This document shows positions 33,901 to 41,085 of a DNA stretch of 41,085 nucleotides, piece by piece. Source of the DNA: an uncultured Phycisphaeraceae bacterium (GTDB lineage Bacteria; Planctomycetota; Phycisphaerae; Phycisphaerales; UBA1924). Position 1 is the stretch's first letter, and each line of letters begins with the position of its first letter. The translations under genes and the position numbers were made by a program. The notes under the pieces were generated by a model that saw only the letters and a program-made list of their open reading frames with translations, searched no databases and was not told the origin of the DNA. Where the stretch lies: positions 1 through 41,085 of the forward strand of contig CAZEZV010000001.1 of NCBI GenBank assembly GCA_964516725.1, read 5' to 3'.

Positions 33901-34746
33901 ATGCGGGGCATCTCCATCAACACCGACCTGCGAGCGCTCATCAGCAACTCGGCGATCTCTCGCGCGTCGCGAATCGTTGACAAGAGCATGGAAAGGCTCG
34001 CAACAGGGCAGAGGATCAACCGCGCGAGCGATGATCCGTCGGGCATGGTCGCTGTCGAGGGGTTCAAGGGGCGGATCAAGGAAATCAACGAAGAAATCAA
34101 GTCGCTCGAGATCGAAGAACGATGGCTCGGCGCTCGCGATGGCGCGATAAGCGTCATCAGCGACATGATGATCGAACTCCAGTCACTCGTCGTTGCGTCG
34201 GCGAATGTCGGCGCGATGTCCGACCAAGAGCGCGAGGCGATTCAGTCGCAGGTCGACGGCATCATCGATGGCGTGGACTACTTGACGCGCACAGCCGAGT
34301 TCAACGGGCGGCAGATACTCGACGGATTCTCCTCGGGCAATCTCGGGCAAACCATGGTGCCGACCACGAATCCGGATGGCTCGCCCGGCTTGCGGACACT
34401 TTCGCTCGCATCCATGCGCAGCGGCGGGGCGCTCAATCTCGTGAATGGCGACCGCGAAGCCGCACAGACCATGGCCGATTCGCTCGCGAAATGGGCAAGC
34501 GGGCAGCGCGGCGCGATCGGAAACTACGCGAAGTCGCTGGAAAGCAAACGCGACACACTGCGCGTTGAGCTCGAGAACATCACACAAATGAAGTCTTTGA
34601 TTGGCGATACGGACTACGCCGCGGAGACATCAGAACTGGTGCGCGGGCAAATCCTCCAACAGATGTCGATGGCGACGCGCCAGATCGCAATGGACTCCCG
34701 GCAAGACACGGTATTGTCGTTGCTGCAAGGCGCGATGAAGGCGTAA
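33901..34746 (+). CDS. flagellin
   Basis: MRGISINTDLRAL...MERLATGQRINRASDDPSG is the conserved N-terminal D0/D1 region. The C-terminus reads IGDTDYAAETSELVRGQILQQMSMA. The variable region is short. Start chosen by alignment to the usual M-x3-4-INTN pattern; GTG 33883 is an alternative. Confidence 0.9.
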   Translation: MRGISINTDLRALISNSAISRASRIVDKSMERLATGQRINRASDDPSGMVAVEGFKGRIKEINEEIKSLEIEERWLGARDGAISVISDMMIELQSLVVASANVGAMSDQEREAIQSQVDGIIDGVDYLTRTAEFNGRQILDGFSSGNLGQTMVPTTNPDGSPGLRTLSLASMRSGGALNLVNGDREAAQTMADSLAKWASGQRGAIGNYAKSLESKRDTLRVELENITQMKSLIGDTDYAAETSELVRGQILQQMSMATRQIAMDSRQDTVLSLLQGAMKA

Positions 34747-34758
34747 GAAAGGCTGCGA

Positions 34759-36141
34759 TCAGCGAGAGCGAAGAATGATGTACCCGCGATCCTCGCCTCG
34801 AACAAGATTCAGTCGCACCCCCCGGCGGAAGTTCGCGTCAGAGAGCGCCTTCTTCAGGCTCTCTACATCCGTGACGTCGTCATCGTTCACGGCAACGATG
34901 ATGTCGTTGGCCTGCACGCCATTGTCCTCTGCGAGCGACCCGCTCTGAACTTCGACAACAAGCAACCCCGCAAAGCCAAGCGACTTTGCGGCGCGCTCTT
35001 CGAGCGGGGTCACAAACGCGCCTAGCTCCTGCGAAAATGTTGTGTTCGTCGCCGCCTCGAGATCGCCCAGCATCGCCGTGAGCTTCATGTTCTCATCATC
35101 ACGCTGTACCTCAAGCGAAACACTGGAGCCGGCGGGGAGCGACGCGATGGCGTTGCGAAGGCGAGCCTCGTCCATCGAGACGCCTTGGAACTTTGTAATG
35201 ACGTCGCCCTCCCGCAACCCGGCGAGCTCCGCGGGGCCACCCTTCATCACTTTTCGAATCAGCACGCGCGGCTGATTCGCTCGCGACGCGACCGGAGCAT
35301 AATCAGCACCCAGCCATCCTCGAATGACGCGGCCATTCTTGCGAATGCTTTCAACCGCAAGCCGCACCGTGTTTGCAGGAATCGCAAAGCCGATGCCGTC
35401 ATAACCGCCGGTCCGCGACGCGATCGCGGAATTGATGCCGACGATTTCACCGGAGAGGTTGACGAGCGGTCCGCCCGAGTTGCCCGGGTTGATAGCCGCG
35501 TCCGTTTGGATGTAGTCTTCGTAGCTGCGACCAGTTTCTCGGGGCGTGACACTGCGCCCTCGCGCCGACACGATTCCCTGCGTCACGGTGTTGTCCAGGC
35601 CGAACGGACTGCCCACGGCGACGACCCATTCGCCCACGTCGATTGCGTCGGAGTTTGCAAACGAAAGCGTCGGCAGGCTCTTGGGCGCGTTCTCGATGCG
35701 CAGCACGGCCAGATCGGTTTGCGGATCTCTCCCCAACAGTGTCGCCGAGTACTCATCGCCAGTGGACAGCTTTACCTTGAGCGTCTCGCCGCCTTCGATG
35801 ACGTGATTGTTTGTGACGACGATGCCCTCGTCGTCAACGATTGCGCCCGAGCCCAGGCCGGACTGTTGAAGGCGTCCCGGTCCGATTCTCCGACGGAAAA
35901 AATCCGTTGGATACACCGTGCGCTGCTGAGTGACGTGGACAACAGCAGGCTCGACCTTGTTCGCGACGCTCTTGAAGACGCGAGAGAGCCTTCGTGCAAA
36001 TGCAAAGTCCTCGGTCGTAGCGCCGACGGTCTGCGAGTCGTCCGCCGAAGGCTTCGGCGCTTGCGCGGGCGCCGCCGCCGACATTGTCATTGCGATAAGC
36101 AGAGCAACATACGTGTAAGATCCTGTGTTCTTCGTCGTCAT
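34759..36141 (-). CDS. htrA: Do/DegP/HtrA-family serine endoprotease with two PDZ domains
   Basis: Catalytic triad context VVTNNHVIEGG, DLAVLRI and TDAAINPGNSGGPLVN. GGAGA RBS 9 nt upstream of ATG 36141. Confidence 0.95.
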   Translation of the reverse strand: MTTKNTGSYTYVALLIAMTMSAAAPAQAPKPSADDSQTVGATTEDFAFARRLSRVFKSVANKVEPAVVHVTQQRTVYPTDFFRRRIGPGRLQQSGLGSGAIVDDEGIVVTNNHVIEGGETLKVKLSTGDEYSATLLGRDPQTDLAVLRIENAPKSLPTLSFANSDAIDVGEWVVAVGSPFGLDNTVTQGIVSARGRSVTPRETGRSYEDYIQTDAAINPGNSGGPLVNLSGEIVGINSAIASRTGGYDGIGFAIPANTVRLAVESIRKNGRVIRGWLGADYAPVASRANQPRVLIRKVMKGGPAELAGLREGDVITKFQGVSMDEARLRNAIASLPAGSSVSLEVQRDDENMKLTAMLGDLEAATNTTFSQELGAFVTPLEERAAKSLGFAGLLVVEVQSGSLAEDNGVQANDIIVAVNDDDVTDVESLKKALSDANFRRGVRLNLVRGEDRGYIILRSR

Positions 36142-36434
36142 CGTGATCGATCTCCGTCAGAAAAACAAACAACGGGCACGGTGCGCCGTGAGCGGCGGTC
36201 ACTTCGGCCGCGCAGCAACACTTTGACGCTTGCGGCGCGAAGTCGGTTCGCGCCAACGCTCCTCGCGCGGGCGCAATCGTTTCAAATGATAACGGCAGGT
36301 TGCGTAGCGCGGCAGCCAACGGAGCCCGCCGCGCTTGTCAACGGGCCAAAAGACACCGCGTGTGCGATCGGCACACCGGGTCCAAATCTTCAGTGAGCGA
36401 GGATGCGCCAGTCAGACCATTCCGTCAACACACG

Positions 36435-36776
36435 CTATCGGGCAACAACTCGAATGGCGCGTACACCGCGGACGCCTGCACGAACTAGGGCTTCGCCCCC
36501 GGATGCGAGCCACTTTTGTATTGCCGCCGCGGCTGCCGCAGAGGTTGCCCGGATCGTCAAAGTTCCTTTCGTGAGGGCAACCTGTTTGCACGAATCCTGA
36601 ATCGCTTCGGGCACCAGACTCCCCCACTGCTCTTGAACGCCCACGGCACGCGTGGAAGCAACGCGAACCTGCCGAGCCAAACTTGCCGCCGCAGAGCCAA
36701 TCGACAAATCTCTCGGGGCGCGCGTGCGCAGCTTGCGAAGATTTTCAATATCACGAATTGACATCGAACGCGGCAT
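36435..36776 (-). CDS. DUF721/DciA-like protein
   Basis: WGSLVPEAIQDSCKQVALTKGTLTIRATSAAAAAAIQKW....EALV matches the DUF721 pattern (W..ivG..ia.ht.p..l..g.L.v.v.s..wa.eL). Start uncertain: ATG 36776 or 36764, or TTG 36794. Confidence 0.65.
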   Translation of the reverse strand: MPRSMSIRDIENLRKLRTRAPRDLSIGSAAASLARQVRVASTRAVGVQEQWGSLVPEAIQDSCKQVALTKGTLTIRATSAAAAAAIQKWLASGGEALVRAGVRGVRAIRVVAR

Positions 36777-36842
36777 GGTCGATGCTATTCGCAACCCCCG
36801 AACCCGAGCGGCTACGCTGGCAACTTCAACCGGAGGCGACGC

Positions 36843-37934
36843 GTGTCAACAAAGATTGTCATCAAGGACTTGGTCAAGGAGTATGCGGGCGCAACCAAGA
36901 ACGATGCGGCGCGAGCTGTAGACAACGTCTCGCTGGCCATTGATGCCGGCGAGCTTTTCTTTCTGCTCGGCCCGTCTGGTTGTGGAAAGACGACGCTGCT
37001 GCGGATGATAGCAGGCTTCATCGAGCCAACGTCCGGTAATATTTTGTTCTTGGGTTCGACCGGCGAGCGCGATGTGACATATCTGCCTGCAGAAAAGCGG
37101 GATACAGGCATGGTGTTCCAAAGCTATGCCCTCTGGCCGCACATGAGTGTTGAGGAGAACGTTGGCTTCGGCTTGGAAGTGCGAGGCGTCCCCAAAGAGT
37201 CAAGAGCGAACCTTGTCCGCGAAGCCCTCGCGGTCGTCAAGATGGCGGAGTATGCAAGTAGAAAGCCAACACAATTATCGGGCGGTCAGCAGCAGCGCGT
37301 AGCGCTCGCCCGCGCAATCGTTGTGAAACCAAGTGTTCTGCTTTTGGACGAACCGCTCTCAAACCTCGACGCGAGACTCAGAGTGGAGCTCAGATCAGAG
37401 GTTCGAAGAATCTGCAAGGCATCTGGCATAACCACGGTCTATGTCACCCATGATCAAAGCGAAGCACTGAGTATGGCGGATCGAATTGGAATTATGCGAT
37501 CTGGTAGAATTCGACAGGTGGGCTCGCCTAAGGACTTGTATACGTCGCCAAACAGCAAGTTTGAAGCTCAGTTTTTGGGTGACGTGAACTTCAACGAAGG
37601 TCTGGTTTCACGTGAAACATCGGAGATGGTTGAAGTCAAAGCACTAGGCGGGCTTATTCGCGCTCGGTCACGTCATGGGCAGCCAAAGGAAGGCGAACCA
37701 TGCATTGTTGCGTCGCGCCCCGAGAGTTGGGTCATCGGAAGCTCGAAAGAAAACAGGTTCAACGCGAGCGTCGTGGATCAGACGTATCTCGGAAGTACCG
37801 TTCATGTTAACGTGAACGTCAATCAGCAACGACTAGATATTGCGACGCTCAATCCAGGCAGTAATTTTGAACTTCCGAGCAACTGCGAAGTGTCAATTGA
37901 CTCCAAAGACGTTATCCTATTACCAATGGAGTGA
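36843..37934 (+). CDS. ABC transporter ATP-binding protein (PotA/FbpC/MalK-like with C-terminal TOBE-type domain); no permease adjacent
   Basis: GTG start. Walker A GPSGCGKTT, Q-loop FQSYALWPH, signature LSGGQQQRVALARA, Walker B LLLDEPLSNLD, and H-loop. Confidence 0.93.
   Translation: MSTKIVIKDLVKEYAGATKNDAARAVDNVSLAIDAGELFFLLGPSGCGKTTLLRMIAGFIEPTSGNILFLGSTGERDVTYLPAEKRDTGMVFQSYALWPHMSVEENVGFGLEVRGVPKESRANLVREALAVVKMAEYASRKPTQLSGGQQQRVALARAIVVKPSVLLLDEPLSNLDARLRVELRSEVRRICKASGITTVYVTHDQSEALSMADRIGIMRSGRIRQVGSPKDLYTSPNSKFEAQFLGDVNFNEGLVSRETSEMVEVKALGGLIRARSRHGQPKEGEPCIVASRPESWVIGSSKENRFNASVVDQTYLGSTVHVNVNVNQQRLDIATLNPGSNFELPSNCEVSIDSKDVILLPME
37604..37619. promoter_or_regulatory. parS centromere-like site
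   Basis: GGTTTCACGTGAAACA matches the widespread parS consensus TGTTTCACGTGAAACA at 15 of 16 positions, and the 14-bp core is a perfect palindrome. It lies inside the ABC ATPase CDS, about 370 bp upstream of parB. Confidence 0.7.
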
Positions 37935-37989
37935 CCCATTCGTTCCACATGGAACAGGAGAATCGTCGTAACTCTAAGGAGTGTCAGGC

Positions 37990-38952
37990 ATGGAAGCTAA
38001 CGCAGAAATGAAGAATCGTCGTCTGGGGAAGGGTATTGGGAGTCTTATTAATCTCACGCCCGTGTCCGTTGCAAGCACACATCCAACCAAGACTGAAACG
38101 ATCGAAGCGCACAAGCAAGCCGAAGAGGTCAATAAACAGTTATCGGGCCTATCGTCGGTTTCTGTGAACTCTCTTCGCCCTTCTCGGTTTCAGCCGCGCA
38201 AGGTATTCGATACGACACAGCTCCAACAACTTTCGCAGTCAATCCAGCACAGCGGACTCATGCAGCCCGTCGTTGTTCGCAGGCTTCAAGTCGTCGATGG
38301 GGACATTCAATATGAGTTGGTTGCCGGTGAGCGTCGCTGGCGTGCGGCCATGATGGGGGGGCTTAAGTCGATCCCTGCGATCATTCGAGACCTCTCTGAT
38401 GAAGAAGCGGCCGAGTGGGGGCTTGTGGAAAATATCCAGCGCGAGGACTTGAACCCGATGGATCGTGCGTTTGCGCTGCGCGGGCTTGTCGATCGCTTCG
38501 GATTAACGCAGGAACAGGTCGCGAAACGCATTGGATTTGATCGTGCAACCGTTGCGAACTTCCTGCGATTGTGCGATCTCGAGCCAGAAATTGCGCAGCT
38601 GCTGTCAGCGGGAAAAATATCTGCTGGGCACGGGCGCGCGTTGCTCGCGTTGCCTGCCGGTGAAGAGCGAATTCGTGCTGCACAGGCGGCGGCGCAGTTC
38701 GCCTGGTCGGTCCGCAAACTGGAAGAGATTGCGCGCACCCGTTCCACTGAAAAGCAGATCGAGAACGAAACAACAGCGACACCGAGAGACGCAGTGCTCA
38801 GAGACCTTGAGCGTCAGCTCGGGCAGCACCTCGGCACAAAGGTGAACATACTGGCGGACAAGCACGGCAAAAGAGGGCGCGTGATACTTGAGTACTACGG
38901 CATAGACCATTTTGACGGTTTGATTTCAAAGATGGGACTGCGAACCGTATAA
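37990..38952 (+). CDS. parB: chromosome partitioning protein ParB/Spo0J
   Basis: AAGGAG sits 8 nt upstream of ATG 37990. RRLGKGIGSLI, YELVAGERRWRAA, LVENIQREDLNPMD and the HTH region LTQEQVAKRIGFDRATVANFLRL. Confidence 0.95.
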   Translation: MEANAEMKNRRLGKGIGSLINLTPVSVASTHPTKTETIEAHKQAEEVNKQLSGLSSVSVNSLRPSRFQPRKVFDTTQLQQLSQSIQHSGLMQPVVVRRLQVVDGDIQYELVAGERRWRAAMMGGLKSIPAIIRDLSDEEAAEWGLVENIQREDLNPMDRAFALRGLVDRFGLTQEQVAKRIGFDRATVANFLRLCDLEPEIAQLLSAGKISAGHGRALLALPAGEERIRAAQAAAQFAWSVRKLEEIARTRSTEKQIENETTATPRDAVLRDLERQLGQHLGTKVNILADKHGKRGRVILEYYGIDHFDGLISKMGLRTV

Positions 38953-39124
38953 AAAGAGAACAACCGCGGCGCTAATGTTTGGTCGATGTTTGCAGCACGT
39001 ACTAAGTATTGTTACTCAATTTGTTATGTAGACGTCGACTTGTGCAGATAGCATTCTAACAATGCGCTGCTGCTCTAGCTCGGAGAGTGAAGCGGTTTGT
39101 ATCACACTTTTCGAGGAGTATTAC

Positions 39125-39517
39125 ATGGGTCGTCGTCCACGATCGGGGTCACTTGCATCGCTTCCGTTGGGTCAGTTGCACGCAGAAATTCGCCGCCGCC
39201 AGCGTGGGATGGGTCCGCTCATGCGTAAGCGAGCAAAAGTTGCCGACAAACTAGCGGCGATTGATGCGAAGATCAAGGAATTGGGGGGCGCGGTCGCAGG
39301 AGTTCGCACTCGCCCTTCAAACAGCATGAGCTTGATTGAGGCACTTCAAAAGACGCTGTCCGGAAAAACGATGGGCGTGACTGAGGCGGCGGACGCGGTT
39401 CGCAAGAGCGGTTACAACACCAACGCAGCGAACTTCCGCACAATGGTCAACCAAGCACTCATCAAGCACAAGAACAAGTTCAAGAAGGTTGAGCGCGGCC
39501 GGTACACCGCCGCGTGA
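39125..39517 (+). CDS. small basic protein with C-terminal HARE-HTH/winged-helix-like domain
   Basis: GAGGAG RBS 6 nt upstream of ATG 39125. Basic coiled N-terminus (RRRQRGMGPLMRKRAKVADKLAAIDAKIKEL). The C-terminal LIEALQKTLSGKTMGVTEAADAVRKSGY....FRTMVNQALIKHKNKFKKVERGRY resembles HARE-HTH. Confidence 0.7.
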   Translation: MGRRPRSGSLASLPLGQLHAEIRRRQRGMGPLMRKRAKVADKLAAIDAKIKELGGAVAGVRTRPSNSMSLIEALQKTLSGKTMGVTEAADAVRKSGYNTNAANFRTMVNQALIKHKNKFKKVERGRYTAA

Positions 39518-39564
39518 AGCGGTTGAATAGTGAAATCGCGGGTCAATCAGTTGCGACAACGAAG

Positions 39565-39596
39565 AACGTCCGGCGAAAGCCGGACGTTTTCTTTTG
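39565..39596 (+). terminator. rho-independent terminator
   Basis: aacgtccggc-gaaa-gccggacgtt followed by ttcttttg, 48 nt after the stop at 39517. It lies between convergent genes, so it may act in both directions. Confidence 0.8.
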
Positions 39597-39646
39597 AAGT
39601 CAGATGACACACGGCAACACACAGTGGACGTGTGCTGGTGTACAGC

Positions 39647-39928
39647 TCAGAACGGCGAAGTCGTCGGCTGGAGGCGGCTTGGGCGGTCGATCAGCATGAT
39701 GCGCTGGAAGTCGGCCCACAACATGCGGTCGTTGGCGTCCATCGTGTAGTACATGCGATTGTCGAAGTCGATGGGGCGCTCGGTGAGCGTGTCGAGTTCG
39801 GGGGTCACGTCGCCTTGAACTGCAGAATGGCGGCCGCCGTCATTGCGGCCTGTAGAGGCGCAACCAGCAAGAGCACAAACCGCGAGCGAGGCAACACAGA
39901 AACAACGAAGAGCGGTGGAACGACGCAT
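39647..39928 (-). CDS. small lipoprotein
   Basis: MRRSTALRCFCVASLAVCALAGC is a signal peptide with a lipobox. 93 aa. Confidence 0.65.
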   Translation of the reverse strand: MRRSTALRCFCVASLAVCALAGCASTGRNDGGRHSAVQGDVTPELDTLTERPIDFDNRMYYTMDANDRMLWADFQRIMLIDRPSRLQPTTSPF

Positions 39929-40187
39929 CGTGCAGACTCCTGCAAATGGAAAAGGTTTCGGACAGGGCCTCTATCAATCGGACAATCGCCGATTCACCCA
40001 TGAACATGTCCTAGGCCCACCCTAGGGGCAGCAGTGTATCCGCATCGGCGGGGCTGAGTGTTCCAAGGAAAAGGCAAAGGCTTCTCAGGACTGCCGGAAC
40101 GGCAGCGGGGGGCCGGGGTGGCGTTGACCGGCATCCAAACCGACCGGGTGAAGTCGTTGTTTAGGCTGCTACGGACTCTATCCGGGT

Positions 40188-40203
40188 TGGCAAGCCGGTT
40201 GCA
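40188..40203 (+). promoter_or_regulatory. candidate sigma-54 (-24/-12) promoter upstream of clpB
   Basis: TGGCAAGCCGGTTGCA against the consensus TGGCACG-N4-TTGCW: the GG and GC elements have exact spacing and there is one mismatch. The GC element is 45 nt upstream of the clpB ATG. Confidence 0.45.
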
Positions 40204-40246
40204 ACAGACTATTGGGCGATCTTTGCGCCCTTTGGAGAAGCGACTT

Positions 40247-41085
40247 ATGCGTCCCGATCGATTCACAACCGCGGCTCAACAGGCCTTGGCGAGTGCTCAA
40301 AGTTCGGCGGGTGGGCAGTCCCACCCAGAAGTCACCGGCCTGCATGTTTTGGAAGGGCTGCTCGAAGACCGTCAGGGCAATGCCTGGTCCGTGATTGCCA
40401 AAGCCGGCGGCGAGCCGATGCGCGTGGTGCAGGCGACGCGCGAGCAGTTGGCGAAGTTGCCCAAGACCTCGTCGGGTGCCGGGTCGCCAGGGCGGGCGCT
40501 GATGGAGATTCTGAACAAGGCGGACGCCGAAGCGAAGCGATTGGGCGATGCGTACGTGAGCAGCGAGCACTTGTTGCTGGCGTGTGCGGGAGTGGGGGGA
40601 CCGGCGCGTGATGCTTTGTCGTCGTGCAATCTCTCGGCGAAGGCGATTGAAACAGCGGTCAAGCAGATTCGCGAATCGAGCGGCGTGACGAACATCAGCG
40701 ATCCAGAAGCGGAAGGAAGTTTCGAGGCGCTGAAGAAGTATGCGATTGATCTGACGCAGAAAGCCCAGCAAGGAAAACTCGATCCGGTGATCGGGCGCGA
40801 TGAAGAGATTCGGCGCACGATGCAGGTGTTGTCGCGGCGCACGAAAAATAATCCGGTGTTGATTGGCGAGCCGGGCGTGGGCAAGACGGCGATTGCCGAG
40901 GGGCTAGCGCTGCGCATCGTGAATGGCGATTGCCCGGAGGGCATGCGCGACAAGCGGATCATGGCGCTGGATGTCGGGCAGTTACTCGCGGGCGCGAAGT
41001 TCCGCGGCGAATTTGAAGAGCGATTGAAAGCCGTGTTGCGCGAGGTGCAGGCGAGCAACGGGAAGATCATTCTGTTCATCGACGA
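40247..41085 (+). CDS. clpB: ATP-dependent chaperone ClpB, N-terminal part running off the right edge
   Basis: Absent from the ORF track because it is open at the edge. ATG 40247 has GGAGA 9 nt upstream. Translation [18 protein letters not shown]... (Clp_N repeats) ...[52 protein letters not shown]...ILFIDE. Confidence 0.95.
   Translation, partial: MRPDRFTTAAQQALASAQSSAGGQSHPEVTGLHVLEGLLEDRQGNAWSVIAKAGGEPMRVVQATREQLAKLPKTSSGAGSPGRALMEILNKADAEAKRLGDAYVSSEHLLLACAGVGGPARDALSSCNLSAKAIETAVKQIRESSGVTNISDPEAEGSFEALKKYAIDLTQKAQQGKLDPVIGRDEEIRRTMQVLSRRTKNNPVLIGEPGVGKTAIAEGLALRIVNGDCPEGMRDKRIMALDVGQLLAGAKFRGEFEERLKAVLREVQASNGKIILFID

Noticed and set aside
35185-36396. 403-aa plus-strand ORF
   Set aside because: Antisense to htrA, which has a clear catalytic triad and PDZ domains. 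Arg-rich shadow ORF.
37941-37957. Second parS-like site cGTTCCACATGGAACAg just upstream of parB
   Set aside because: Only 12/16 matches to the parS consensus, and the central CG dyad is broken (6-bp arms around CA). Too degenerate to call without binding data, though it may be worth including in a ParB ChIP analysis.
40372-41079. 235-aa minus-strand ORF (and 40178-40771)
   Set aside because: Antisense to the unlisted but unmistakable clpB reading frame that runs off the window edge.

Overview
GC-rich chromosomal segment from a diderm bacterium. The gene content (PEP-CTERM protein, DciA/DUF721, ParB, a sigma-54-type promoter, flagellin plus a Maf-type glycosyltransferase) would fit Planctomycetota or a neighbouring phylum, but the window alone cannot prove that. 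I support about 40 protein genes. Two of them, nuoH at the left edge and clpB at the right edge, are missing from the ORF track because they run off the window. Housekeeping genes include ggt, uppP, a SpoU/TrmH methyltransferase, feoAB, corC-ybeY, plsC, htrA and parB. Envelope and glycan genes include a UbiA-type polyprenyl-phosphate phosphoribosyltransferase diverging from a GT-C membrane glycosyltransferase, an SDR epimerase, a Wzx-like flippase, a GT2 and fcl. Flagellar genes are flagellin, a giant Maf-fusion protein and a possible flgM. No rRNA, tRNA, CRISPR array, transposase or integrase was recognised. Many track ORFs start at TTG or GTG and over-extend, so I re-set the starts where an ATG, an RBS or homology argued for it. 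Four things stand out. (1) A same-strand cluster encodes a secreted poly-cysteine protein, an HMA-domain lipoprotein and an outer-membrane beta-barrel. (2) A 1268-aa Maf flagellin-glycosyltransferase fusion carries a G9/C9 homopolymer near its 5' end. (3) At least four families of palindromic intergenic repeats occur in several copies. (4) A near-consensus parS lies inside an ABC-ATPase gene that sits where parA normally would. All homology statements come from reading the translations, not from database searches.
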